A DNA stretch of 64,000 nt from Malacoraja senta. Taxonomy: Eukaryota. The translations under genes and the position numbers were made by a program. Numbering within the stretch: the first letter of the stretch is position 1; each line of letters starts with the position of its first letter. Under the pieces are notes generated by a model. The model made no database searches. It saw only the letters and a program-made list of their open reading frames with translations, and had not been told where the DNA came from. Shown piece after piece: positions 1-11,631 of this stretch. The stretch lies in NCBI GenBank assembly GCA_038087875.1, contig CM075996.1, positions 4,590,001 to 4,654,000 of the forward strand, given 5' to 3'.

Positions 1-2323
1 TTGTTTAATCTGTACCCACTATCCCCCCCAGTCAATCCTTTTATCAACTAATTTATATTTTAGTTTGTTAATTACTGACCTCTGCTAAGAAAAGGAGGTT
101 TACTCTGTCTAGGGCTTTAATAATTGTACATATTCTTTTCCTCTCCTTTGTTCCCTCAAGTGACCTGTGCCTTGATAGGATTTACTCATGCCGATAATTC
201 TCCACCCTGATAGTCCTCGCATATCTTCTCTGCACATACTGCTTTTGCGATCACACTCTTGCTCTATTTTGGCAGCCAAAACTCTCCTCGGTTCTCCAGC
301 TGTGGGACTATGATCTCTTGCATACCCCCCTGCTCTGTATTCTGTACTTCAGCCTATAAAGGCAAGTATCCCATATTCATCCTTAATCACCTTATCTACC
401 TGTCTTGCTGCCTTCAGGGATTTGTGAAGATGCACGACAAGATCTTGCTGTTCCTCTTAATTTCTCGACCTCTACATTGCATCTTACATTTCTTCGCATT
501 CTTTGCCAAATCCAAGCACACTAGTTCATGCTTTTCCAGGCTGAATTCCACTTAACACTTTATGCCCACCTATCCAGTCCACTGATTTCTTCTCGCACTG
601 TAACTCACTTCCTCATTATCATCTTGGGTATAATCACCAATTTTCTTAATTATAATTAAAAGCAAATCATCCACAAATATCTCAAATATCATAAAAGTCC
701 TCCCGCTGATCTTTGTGGAATCCCATTGCGTACCACTACAGTCACTAAAACTTTCATTGACCATTATCTATTGCTCTGTTGCTGAGCCCACTTTTACACC
801 AAATTGCCACTTTCCCATGGATCCCATGGAACATTTTACGTTCCAAACCTTTTTATTTGACTTTGTCAAACACCATGCTCTGCTATCCGATGGTTTGGCA
901 ATCCCAAAGGTTCTCCATTTGCTTGCTAGGTGCAAAATCCCAGATCCCTTTAAACCTACCAAGACCCACTTCCAATGCTCCCTCTAAAATGCATCAGCTT
1001 TAATTTCCCACATTCCTTTTAAAATCACCATCTTCTGGGTAGCATTTAAAAAAAAAAGAGAATTAAATGTGTGTCATCTTAATGGAGTGAAATCCTATGT
1101 TCTGGAAAATCTACCAGTCTGGCTTAAGTCTTGAGCTAATGGATTATTGGAGTTTTATTGTAAAATACACAAAGTTGTTTACCTCATTGATAGTTCTTGT
1201 AACTGGCACAAAACAAATCAATTTAATTTGGTCAGTCCTGAGATTGCCTTCAGCAAGTCAATGTTGATTTCCCTTCTTTAACAACTCATGTCTCAATATC
1301 CACAACTAATATCGGGCTCAACTGTACTTCTTTCCAATCGAATGTGGCGTTTAAGAGGCTTTTGGATAGGCACATGGATATGCAGGGAATGGGGGAACAT
1401 GGATTAAGTGTGAGCTGATAGGAGTCCGCCTCAACATCATGCTTGACACAGACATTGTGGGCTGAAGGCAGTGCTGCACTGCACTTTGTTCTAATGTGCT
1501 GCAGTCACTGTTTCCAGCGTGGCCTCCACTACTTCGAAGAAACCAAACATAGACTGAGTGATTCCATTGCACTCAGTCAGTAGGAGTGATTCTGAGCTTC
1601 CAGTTGCTTGCCACTTTAATTCACCATCTCTCGCTCTGTCTGTGGCCGCCTACATTGTTATAATAAAGCCTAACACAAGCTTGAGGAAAAATCCCTTCTG
1701 TCTGGGCATGTCGCAGCCTGCAGAACTCAATATTGAATTCTCCAACATTAGATAACTCGCTCCTTCATTCTGTTTGTATGAGAACTGGCCTTTTGTGCCT
1801 GCCAACCTTTCATCTTTTCCATTTTGTTTTGTATAGTCAGATTATACAACATTGCAGCAGACAAAGAAGTTTATCTACTCCATTATTTCTCTATTACTGC
1901 CCCTCCTTTGCCCTCTCTGCTGCCGAGACCAACGTATTTCTTTCGTTCTCAGTTCTAATGAACGGTTCTAGATCTGGAACTTTAACTGATTCTCTTTCCA
2001 CAGATGCTGTGTGTCCTGCTGAGTTTCTCCTGCATTATCTGTTTTTATTTTGTATTTCCAGCTTCTGCAGTTCTCTTTTGGTCCATAGACCTATTTCTAT
2101 CTTCTACTTCAATCAGCAGTATCACTTCAGCAATCTTCCAGTTCCGTATAGCCAAGAAACTTTTGAAAGGTTTGGTCAAATCCTTGCATCTTTTAAGAGC
2201 CAAGGTCAAATCTTATTAATCCACTCTTTAAAATGTTAAACCCCTTAACCTGTCCTTGTACTTTGTTTATCTTTTTCAAAACATCACATTCATCCTCCTT
2301 AATATGATTGCACTGTAGATGTT

Positions 2324-2514
2324 TGAAGTGTGCGCATGTGCGAGGCTTTTCCAGAGTGTGCGCATGTGCGGAGACTTCGGGCGGGAAAGGCCTGCGGAAT
2401 CAGCCATGTTTGCCAGACGTTTCTGAGTTTATGTATTAAAGAAATAAGTTGCTTAAAGCTTAAATAAAGTTAAGTAAATTACGAGTAGTGTAAAGTTTCA
2501 TTTGCCTCACAACA
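2324..2514 (+). repeat. 5' LTR
   Basis: TGAAGTG...CACAACA; aligns without gaps to 5955-6145 with 9 substitutions by my count; AATAAA at 2463-2468. Confidence 0.97.
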
Positions 2515-2515
2515 A

Positions 2516-2528
2516 TTTAAGCAACTTA
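2516..2528 (+). other. Putative self-priming primer-binding site
   Basis: TTTAAGCAACTTA, 1 nt after the LTR, is the exact reverse complement of LTR 2445-2457; no TGG-initiated tRNA PBS here. Confidence 0.75.
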
Positions 2529-2558
2529 ATCTTAGAAGTCAAGCAGTCCGACATCGGG

Positions 2559-5500
2559 ATGGAGAAACTATTGAAACCACAACGCTTGGATCTGGATCCC
2601 AACTCACCTGCTGCTGCAAAGGATTGGAAGCACTGGCTTCGTACACTAAATAACTTCAATGATGCACCAGACAGACTCAAGACATTAATAAGCTCCGTCT
2701 CTTCTGATGTATATGATTACATAGAGAAATGTACAACATGATTCTGCTATTGATGTACTAAGCAGACTCTTCGTTAAGACACCCAATGTGATATTCGCTC
2801 GACACCTCCTTGCTACTCGGAAACAAAATCCTGGTGAGTCACTTGATGAATTTTTACAAGAACTTCAAAGACTTACTAAAGACTGTGCCTTCAAAGCAGT
2901 TACGGCTGATCAATATCGACAGGAACTTATTCGAGACTCTTATCAATGGTTTGGCATCGCCTTTAATACGACAGAGACTATTAGAAAACAAAGCCTTGGA
3001 TTTACAGTCAGCTTACAATCAAGCTTACTCATTAGACTTGGCTCAGAAAAATTCAGATGCTTATGGCTCATCTAATGTGTATTCTGCTGCAACTACTACA
3101 AAATAATTTCACCCAAGTACTAATATGGAGCAAGCTGAAACAATTTCTACTGATAAAGGTGCCCTTGCTGCAGCATATAATTATTCAAAAAGGAAGTGTT
3201 ACTTTTGCAGGGGTAATATTCATAATAGAGAGATATGTCCTGCTCGAGGGGCAACTTGTAATAGTTGTGGCAAGAAGGGACATTATTCTAGTATGCAAGT
3301 CCAAAGCAACTACTAAAATTGTGACTGCTGCCATGTATACGCCTTCTTTATGTGCAATTACAGCTGCATTTCCTTAGAGCTTGTCTCATGCAGCTACAAC
3401 GGTATCCATCAATGGCATACACTTAATGTACTACTTGATTCTGGCAGTTCAGAAAGTTTTATAAGTGAACAAGTTGTGTCTCGACTAAATCTAACTATAA
3501 TTCCTTCAAATAGAGAAATCTCGATGGCTCTGACAACTCTCAATACTCAAATTATTGGATCATGTATTGTAGACTTTATTCTGAACAAAACTAGCTATAA
3601 ATCTATATGTCTTGGTATTTTGAAAAATTTGTGTAGCGATATAATTCTAGGTCAGGATTTTCAGAAACTGCACAGATCACTTCAAATAATGTATGAAGGA
3701 ACTATGCCTGAGCTTGTATTGTGAAAGCCACCAGTATTGTGTGGTTTTTCTGCTGCATCTGTTGAATGTCCTTCATTATTCACTAAGTGCAAGCCAATTG
3801 CTACAAAATCAAGACATTTTAGTAAAGATGATAGGAACTTTATCAACACAGAAGTAACTAATCTTTTACAAGAAGGTATCATAAAACCCAGCTCTTCCCC
3901 TTGGAGGGCACAAGTTGTCATGGTTAAGGACCCTTTGGAGAGACATAGAAAGAGACTCTGCATTGATTACTCTCAAACTATAAACCAGTTCACGGAGCTT
4001 GATGCATATCCATTACCTTGTATAGAAGAGATTATCAATACATTAGCAAAGTATAAGATATTCTCAACTTTTGACAAAAAGTGCTTACTACCAAATTCCT
4101 TTGAAGGAATCAGAGAATAAATACAGTGCGTTTGAAGCAAATGGGACATTATACCACTACTTACTGCAGAGTTCCTTGTGGTGTAACTAATGGCGTGGCT
4201 GTTTTTCAGAGAGAGATGGACAAACTTGTTGAACAGGAAAACCTTAAAGATACTTTCCCTTATCTTGATAATATAACTATTGCAGGAAAATACCAAGCTG
4301 AACATGATGAAAATGTACAACGGTTTTTAGATGTTGTACATTCTAAAAATCTATCATTAAATGAGGCTAAGTCAATAACATCAGTGTCATCAATTCATAT
4401 TCTTGGATGGAAATGATATAATCAAGCCTGATCCAGAAAGACTCAAAGAGATACCTGTTCCAGCTACATTAAACTCTCTATGAAGGGTTCTTGGGACGTT
4501 TGCATATTATGCAAAATGGATACCAAATTTTTCTGACAAAATTCAACCTTTGATTAGAGCAAAATCTTTCCCCCTTGACTCTACAGCAATTGGTGCCTTT
4601 ACTCTTTAAAAAATAAAATTGGAATCTGCGACATTACACGCCATCGATGAGGATCTCCCCCTTTGTTGTTGAATGTGATGCCTCTGATTTAGCAGTATCA
4701 GCAACATTAAATCAAGGAGGACGACCAGTGGCTTTCATGTCTCTTCTCTCCAAGGTTGTGAATTGCACTACCCACCCGTCGAAAAGGAAGCTACAGCAAT
4801 TATTGAAGCAGTGAGAAAATGGAGTCATTTCCTTGCTCCCCAGCACTTCACTTTGATAACAGATCAGCGTTCAGTAGCTTTTATGCTGGATAATCGGAAA
4901 CGAACAAAGATTAAAAACAGTAAAATTCATGAATGGAGGATTGAATTATCTGCATATAGTTATTCAATTGAGTACCGCCCTGGTAAGGATAATGTTGCTC
5001 CGGATACATTAACTCAAGCATTTTGTGCCTCTGTTCATTCTTCTGCACTCACTGATCTTCACAATGGGATGTGTCATCTGGAGTCACTCGTTTGTTACAC
5101 TATGTTCGTTCCAAAAACGTACCTTTCTCTACAGAAGATGTGAAGATGACGTGTGCTTCATGTAGAATCTGTGCTGAATTAAAACCAAGGTTCTTCCGTC
5201 CTGAAGAAGGAAGATTGATCAAAGCTACTCAACCTATGGAACGTAGGAGTATTAACTTCAAAGGGCCTTTACCATCCTCCTCTCAAAATGTTTATATACT
5301 TACCATAGTTGATGAATATTCGAGGTTTCCATTTGCTTTTCCTTGTCCAAATATGTCAGCTGCTATGGTTATCAAATGTTTAGATGAACTGTTTTCATTC
5401 TGTGGATTTCCAAGTTACAGATGCATTACACTCCATCAGATCTCTACTGTCAACTGCTACCAATACTACTTCACATTAGCGGTTCTTTAACTTCAAACGG

Positions 5501-5940
5501 CGTTCTTCTAGCGGTACTTCTCTGCCATCATGGTTGACTAGCCCTGGGCCTGTGTTGCTTCGTCGGTATGTTCGATCAAATAAGAATGAGCCTTTTGTTG
5601 ATGAAGTTGAACTGACTGATTTCAACCCTTCTTATGCAACTATCAAGCATCAGGATGGACGTCAGTCAACTGTCTCACTTCGTGACCTTGCACCATGTCC
5701 ATCTTCTCCATCAGCTCCGTCACTCCTTGATAACACTAATCGAGAACTTCCTCCAACACTCCCATCACCCCCTATGGAAACTTCTTATATAAAATTGTAA
5801 ATCTAAACAACAATATGAGTGAAGTTGATGACCAAGCAATAAATGTACCACCAGCTATAGAAACACCATTATCTCCTGAAGCTCCAGTGCTGCGATGGTC
5901 ATCAAGACGTACTAAATCTCCTGACCGTCTCAACTTATAA
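2559..5940 (+). pseudogene. Disrupted gag-pol polyprotein
   Basis: MEKLLKP start; two Cys/His knuckles (CYFC..H..C, CNSC..GH); protease LLDSGS; RT (IDYSQTIN, YLDN); RNase H (CDAS, EKEA, TDQ); integrase HHCC and FKGPLP. Many stops/frameshifts and an internal deletion in the integrase core near 5418. Confidence 0.93.
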
Positions 5941-5942
5941 AT

Positions 5943-5954
5943 AGGAGGGGAGAA
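5943..5954 (+). other. Polypurine tract
   Basis: AGGAGGGGAGAA abuts the TG of the 3' LTR. Confidence 0.9.
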
Positions 5955-6145
5955 TGAAGTGGGCGCATGTGCGGGGCTCTTCCAGAGTGTGCGCATGTGC
6001 AGAGATTTTGGGCGGGAAAGGCCTGCGGAATCAGCCATGTTTGCCAGACGTTTCTGAGTTTATGTATTAAAGAAATAAATTGCTTAAAGCTTAAATAAAG
6101 TGAAGTAAATTACGAGTAGTGTAAAGTTTCATTTACCTCACAACA
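5955..6145 (+). repeat. 3' LTR
   Basis: Direct repeat of 2324-2514. Confidence 0.97.
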
Positions 6146-6366
6146 GTGTTTGTTTTATTTTGGGAAACAACTCGATTTCATGAAAATAATAGTGGTGGAT
6201 TGTACAGCTTGCTGATCCTTCGCAGATATTTTTTTTAAATTCTGTCCTGTGCAGTGCAACAGGAAGTAGATGTACTACCATGTGCAACGTTAGGATTCCA
6301 ATAAATGCTCACCTCCCACACTAAACAAGGCTGTGAAATTTATTTGTACTTTTTTTTTTAAATTAG

Positions 6367-6587
6367 GTGACTTGGACGCTCTGCCTGGCCAGAGGGAGAA
6401 AGCGACAGCGATACTCCTGGCGTGCCGCCACCTTCCCCTCTCATTTCTTTCCTCTCCGGGTCAGAGAGCGGTCATGCTGGCCGAGGCCGCACGCACACTG
6501 GAGAAACTCGGGGACAAGCGGTCACTCAGCGACTGCCAGCAGGTTATCATGAAGCTGGGCAGTGGCACCACAATCGCAGCAAGCTGA
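6367..6587 (+). CDS. SREBF2: SREBP-2, last coding exon
   Basis: T-rich acceptor ttag|[55 protein letters not shown]...TTIAAS* closely matches the SREBP-2 C-terminus. Confidence 0.95.
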
Positions 6588-8419
6588 AGGAATATGCGAG
6601 GCCGCAGCTTATGGTAGATGCCTTGTATCTTCAGATCAAATCCTACCCTAATGTCCTCATCATCGAGTGGAGGTCCTAACCCCCCCTGTGGGTGTGTGTG
6701 AGTAATCTCCTTCCAAGAAATGACAATTTGGCAAATTCATTAAAATACTTTAATAGTTTTATTTAAACCAAGATTGGAATTGGAACATAATATCTGATAT
6801 TTACTGAAGAGGGCTGTTATCTTGTGTTTGCCTTATTTGTTCCCTTCTCTGAAGGTTATTTACTCAATCCGAGTTAAAATCCACCAAGTTCCCACTCATC
6901 TGATATTCCAAGTAATTTCTTAAATAAGAAACATCCTCACAATCTTAGCTTTTGAACTATGGGAATGTAAGTTATTCTGTATGCATTTGTAAAAGATTTT
7001 TTTCGTTTAAGATTTTATATGTGAAGATACGGCAATTTTGTTTTATAAATAATCAAGGAATTATTGCCTTCTGTCCATATAAACCTAGAGGGTGCAAAGT
7101 GCTAGAGTAACTCAGTGGGTCAGGCAGCATCTCTGGAGAACATGGATAGGTGACGTTTTCAGTTGGGTACCTGCAAAGATCTTTGTGTCCTTTTGTGTAA
7201 ACCAGCATCTGCAGCTCCTTGTTTCGACATATATAAACCTAGAGTTTCATTTGATTGACCTCTCAAACCGACTTACACTCTCGACTATGGTGGGCTTTCC
7301 TCCTAATTTAGCCACAACGTTTGTGCCCATGGTGCTGAAATATTTAACACCATTTAAAGCTGGTATGTTGGGTGAAAGTGTTTTTACAGTGTTGGGTCTC
7401 TGTTATCAGTGTTGACCTTAGTTGAAGGTAGACACAAAATGCTGGAGTAACTCAGCGGGTGAGGTAGCATCTCTGGAGAGAAGGAATGGGCGACGTTTCC
7501 GGTCGAGACCCTTCTTCAGACTGATGTCAGGGGAGGGGGCAGGACAAAGATAGAATGTAGGCAGAGACAGTAAGAATGGTGGGAGAACTAGGAAGGGGAT
7601 GGAGAGCGAAAGCAAGGGCTATCTGAAGTTAGATTGACCTTAGTTGATCAATTCACCTGTTGAGCGGACTTCCTTTGATAATTTTTTACCATAACTATTT
7701 TTATTATAACAACCTGTTCCTGTCCAAGCTCTACTTCCAATTCACATTAAAAGCAGACTGGTGCTGTCCCAACCTGCAGGACATTCCCAATACGTTTCAG
7801 TTTCAAAGACATTTAGAAAACTACAATTGTAGTATTGGTTGGACCTTGCAAAAAATGGTCTTGTCCATAGTCAATAAACAAATGATAAAGCTCGTAACTG
7901 ATGCAAATCTACTCGTTAATGTTCTACTATACTTTAAATAGTGACTGAGTCACAACTGATGGTATAAACTGTAATGGTATAAATCACAGGTCAGCTGGTT
8001 TTAAATCTTTTGGTTTGTTGTGTCTTTTAAAAAAATAACTCGAGCATAAAATGAATATTGCCATAAAAATGTGTTGTAAAGGACTTGTCATGTAAGAATG
8101 TTACCTGTTTTATCCAAGATAGCAACATAAATTAAGTATGAAGATTATTTGCTACCACAATTTATGAAAATGTACAGTGGAGCTATCTTAACTTTTTATA
8201 AACATACACGGGAATGATGCATTAGCTGGGTATAGTGCTGAAGGCTGCTCAGATTCATCAGGCTTTTGGCGCATCTGTAAATATTTAAGTGAAAGCCTGT
8301 CATTTCTCTTCTGAGTTGGGTATGTAAAGATATTTTTGTTTCAGTAATAATTGGTGTTTTATTTAAATATGCAATGTAATGGATGCGTAGGAAGATCTAA
8401 AGGAATTTTATGCTAAAAT

Positions 8420-8425
8420 AATAAA
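8420..8425 (+). terminator. Candidate SREBF2 poly(A) signal
   Basis: AATAAA after a long AT-rich stretch, followed by GT/T-rich sequence; other AATAAA hexamers exist upstream. Confidence 0.4.
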
Positions 8426-9339
8426 CTACTTTAGTGCTGAATCGTTTATTTGCCTGGCGTGTTTATTGTATGGCTGAAACAGTAAATATTTTGTGGTATT
8501 TGCTAGTTAATCCAGGATTGTCATCGTCTCAAATCCCCAGCTCTAGACCCAACCAGTCTGTCCCTCACCTTATTCCAAATAATGATCTTCCTATGGATCT
8601 GGTGGTCTTCATTTCCACTTCTCGCAAGCATGAAGGAATGCTGGAGAGTTTTTGGCAGAATGTCCAATCTCTTGGATTTTCCGTAACACAAAAGCAGTCG
8701 TATCTAAAGGAAGTCAAAAATGCCATTTGAGAGTGACCATTCTTAGTGCACAACTCAGAACCTTCCAAATGTAATGTTAAAGATATGCTGGCATTTATAC
8801 AATCCAAAGACTTGCGGGTTTATAAAATTGCCCCGAATGTGCAGGGAGTGGATGAAAATGAAAATAACATCGAACCAGTGTGAACAGGAGTCAATGATGA
8901 AGCTACCTGGCATGTTTCCAAATGCTTTCTAATTTTACTTCACTGAATCACAGAATGATTACAGCAGGTAGGAGGCAATTGGGCCCATTGTTGCTGGACC
9001 AACTCAATGCAAGACCAATTAAGCTAATCACACTCCTCTGTTCTCCTCTGATAACCCCCAAATACCTTTCCTTTTGTGTACTTATCCACTCCCTTTGAAA
9101 GATATCAATGCCTCTACTGGCACTGAGTTCCAAATCCTAATTGGTGTGAAAAATTCCCTTCACCCGCCTTCCCCATCTAGTAGGAACTGTTTCTATCTTC
9201 CTTTCATTGTGGTCATGGAGCCATACTGCACGAAAACAAGTCCATCAGTCCAACTCGTCCATGCCGACCAAGATATCTATCTACGTTAGTCCCATTTGCC
9301 TGTGTTTGATCCATACCCTTCAAAACCTTTCCTGTTCCT

Positions 9340-9834
9340 ATGTACTCGCTAGAATTTAGAAGATTGAGGGGGGATCTTATAGAATCTTACAAAATTCTTA
9401 AGGGGTTGGACAGGCTAGATGCAGGAAGATTGTTCCCGATGTTGGGGAAGTCCAGAACAAGGGATCACAGTTTAAGGATCAGGGGGAAGTCTTTTAGGAC
9501 CGAGATGAGAAAAACATTTTTCACACAGAGAGTGGTGAATCTGTGGAATTCTCTGCCACAGAAGGTAGTTCAGGCCAGTTCATTGGCTATATTTAAGAGG
9601 GAGTAAGATGTGGCCCTTGTGGCTAAAGGGATAAGGGGTATGGAGAGAAGGCAGGTACGGGATACTGAGTTGGATGATCAGCCATGATCATATTGAATGC
9701 CGGTGCAGGCTCGAAGGGCCGAATGGCCTACTCATGCACCTATTTTCTATGTTTCTATGTTTCTATGATCATATTGAATGGCGGTGCAGGCTCGAAGGGC
9801 CGAATGGCCTACTCCTGCACCTATTTTCTATGTT
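9340..9834 (+). mobile_element. 5'-truncated CR1/HER1-type LINE with duplicated 3' tail
   Basis: YSLEFRRLRGDLIE...FFTQRVVNLWNSLP ORF2 C-terminus; (TTTCTATG)n tail; 3' UTR unit present twice. Confidence 0.88.
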
Positions 9835-10399
9835 TTTATTCATGTACCTGTCCAAATGTATTTTAAATATTGTTATAGTAACTGCTGCAACCACTTTCTT
9901 TGGCCGCTTGTTCCATGAATGTACCGCCCTTTTAAATTTTAAATCCTCTGTCTGATCAGCTTTCTCTGTTCTAAGGATAATCACCCCGGCTACTCCAGTG
10001 AATCTACATGAATAAACTGCTTTTTCTCTGGAAACATGGTATCTTTTCTGCACCCTCATATTTCCCCTAAAAAGTGTGGACACAATGCTCTTATTGTGGC
10101 CAAGCCAAAGTTTTATAAATATTCAATTGTGCCTTTCTTACTCGTGTACTATATCTAGGGTTAAGGACTCTGTGTGCTTTTTCAGCCAATTTTCTCAATC
10201 TGCCCTGCCACTTTCAATGAACTATGAACACAATTCCCCCAGATCTGTTCATAATGCGTCTTCAATAATGGCTTTAGACTTTAGAGATAACAGCGCAGAA
10301 ACAACCTCAACCTCTTACCGACCTCAGCTACTTCATATGATAGCAAATCCAACATTCTACTCTTTGGGTTGGGGTGGGGTGGGGTGGGGTGGGGAGAAA

Positions 10400-10745
10400 A
10401 CAATAGACAATAGGTGCAGGAGTAGGCCATTTGGCCCTTCGAGGCCATTCAATATGATCATGGCTGATCATCCCCAATCAGTACCCCGTTCCTGCCTTCA
10501 CCCCAAATCCCCTGACTCCGCTATTTTTAAGAACCCTATCTAGCTCTCTCTTGAAAGCATCCAGGGAACCCGCCTCCACCGCCCTCTGAGGCAGAGAATT
10601 CCACAGTCTCACCACTCTCTGTGAGAAAAAGTGTTTCCTCGTCTCCGTTCTAAATGGCTTACTCCTTATTCTTAAACTGGCCCCTGGTTCTGGACTCCCC
10701 CAACATCGGGAACATGTTTCCTGCCTCTAGCGTGTCCAAACCCCC
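10400..10745 (-). mobile_element. CR1/HER1-type LINE 3' fragment
   Basis: Reverse complement of the same ORF2 end and tail (ATTGTCT subtype). Confidence 0.82.
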
Positions 10746-11217
10746 TAAAACAAATTCCCCTAAATTCAGATTTACTGGTGATTGTCTGATAGTTAAAACC
10801 TTTGACTTTTTCCTCCCCTTACAAATAGTAAAATCTTCTTATACATTTACTCTTTCAAATCCTTCACTATCTTAAGTGAGTTAACCCGACTCATTCGGAT
10901 GTTGATTAATATTGAGCAACAATTACAAATATATAGAGAATGATTAAAATGTATTAGTTCATAAGTTGTTCTAAATACAAAACTTGTAAATAAATTGGAC
11001 CAAATTAGTTATTTGTCACAGCACCAGTGAGAAATCTTGATGTATATGAAGAGATGATGTCATTTTTTATGTCACAAAAATTGCTATTTTGATGTCATAA
11101 TGATTCATCATTTTACATAATTGTTATCTCTTGAGTACTGTTATATTAATGATCTGCTGTTGGTAAGACATCGTGACGGAGAGTTGTACTTGAACCAAAT
11201 TGTCAATTGAAGAGAAG

Positions 11218-11631
11218 ATGTCAGACTGGAAGAACTACATCAACAGTATCCTGAAGGATAAGAACGTGGAAGATGTCGCCATTGTGGGCCACGTCAACAA
11301 CAAGGCCGTCTGGGCGTCCAAGCCCGGTGGTATACTGGCCGCCATCTCCCCTCAAGAGGTCAGCATGTTAATTGGGCAGGATCGCAAGGCTTTCTTGCAA
11401 ACGGGCATCACCATCGGAGGGAAGAAATGCTCCGTCATCAGGGACAACCTGCTGGTCAACAACGATGGAGTGATGGACGTTCGGATGAAAGGCGGACAAT
11501 GCAAGAGCATCTGCATCGGCAAAACCATCAAGACCATGGTGTTTGTAATGGGCAAAAGAGGGGTCCACGGTGGAGTCCTCAACAAGAAGGTCCATGAGAT
11601 GGCCAGCTATCTGAAGCAGAAGGGCATCTAA
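11218..11631 (+). CDS. PFN3: Intronless profilin-3-like protein, 137 aa
   Basis: MSDWKNYINSILKD..VAIVGH..VWASKPGGILAAISPQEV..CSVIRD..VMGKRGVHGGVLNK; collinear with mammalian PFN3, same length, single exon; AATAAA at 11686-11691. Orthology versus paralogy not established. Confidence 0.88.
   Translation: MSDWKNYINSILKDKNVEDVAIVGHVNNKAVWASKPGGILAAISPQEVSMLIGQDRKAFLQTGITIGGKKCSVIRDNLLVNNDGVMDVRMKGGQCKSICIGKTIKTMVFVMGKRGVHGGVLNKKVHEMASYLKQKGI

Larger units (their letters stand above)
2324..6145 (+). mobile_element. Full-length but decayed Ty3/Gypsy LTR retrotransposon (Mag-like) in the last intron of SREBF2
   Basis: Two 191-bp TG...CA LTRs; 5-bp flanks ATGTT/GTGTT (TSD, 1 mismatch); purine tract before the 3' LTR; gag-PR-RT-RNaseH-IN order in broken ORFs. 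Confidence 0.97.

Noticed and set aside
1..6366. miR-33 hairpin in a SREBF2 intron
   Set aside because: I did not find GTGCATTGTAGTTGCATTG; its host intron is expected upstream of this last intron.
6367..6587. SREBF1 assignment
   Set aside because: [22 protein letters not shown], the IAAS end and the neighbouring genes fit SREBF2.
11200..11217. 143-aa profilin starting MSIEEK
   Set aside because: The ORF track starts at TTG; the ATG at 11218 aligns with profilin N-termini.
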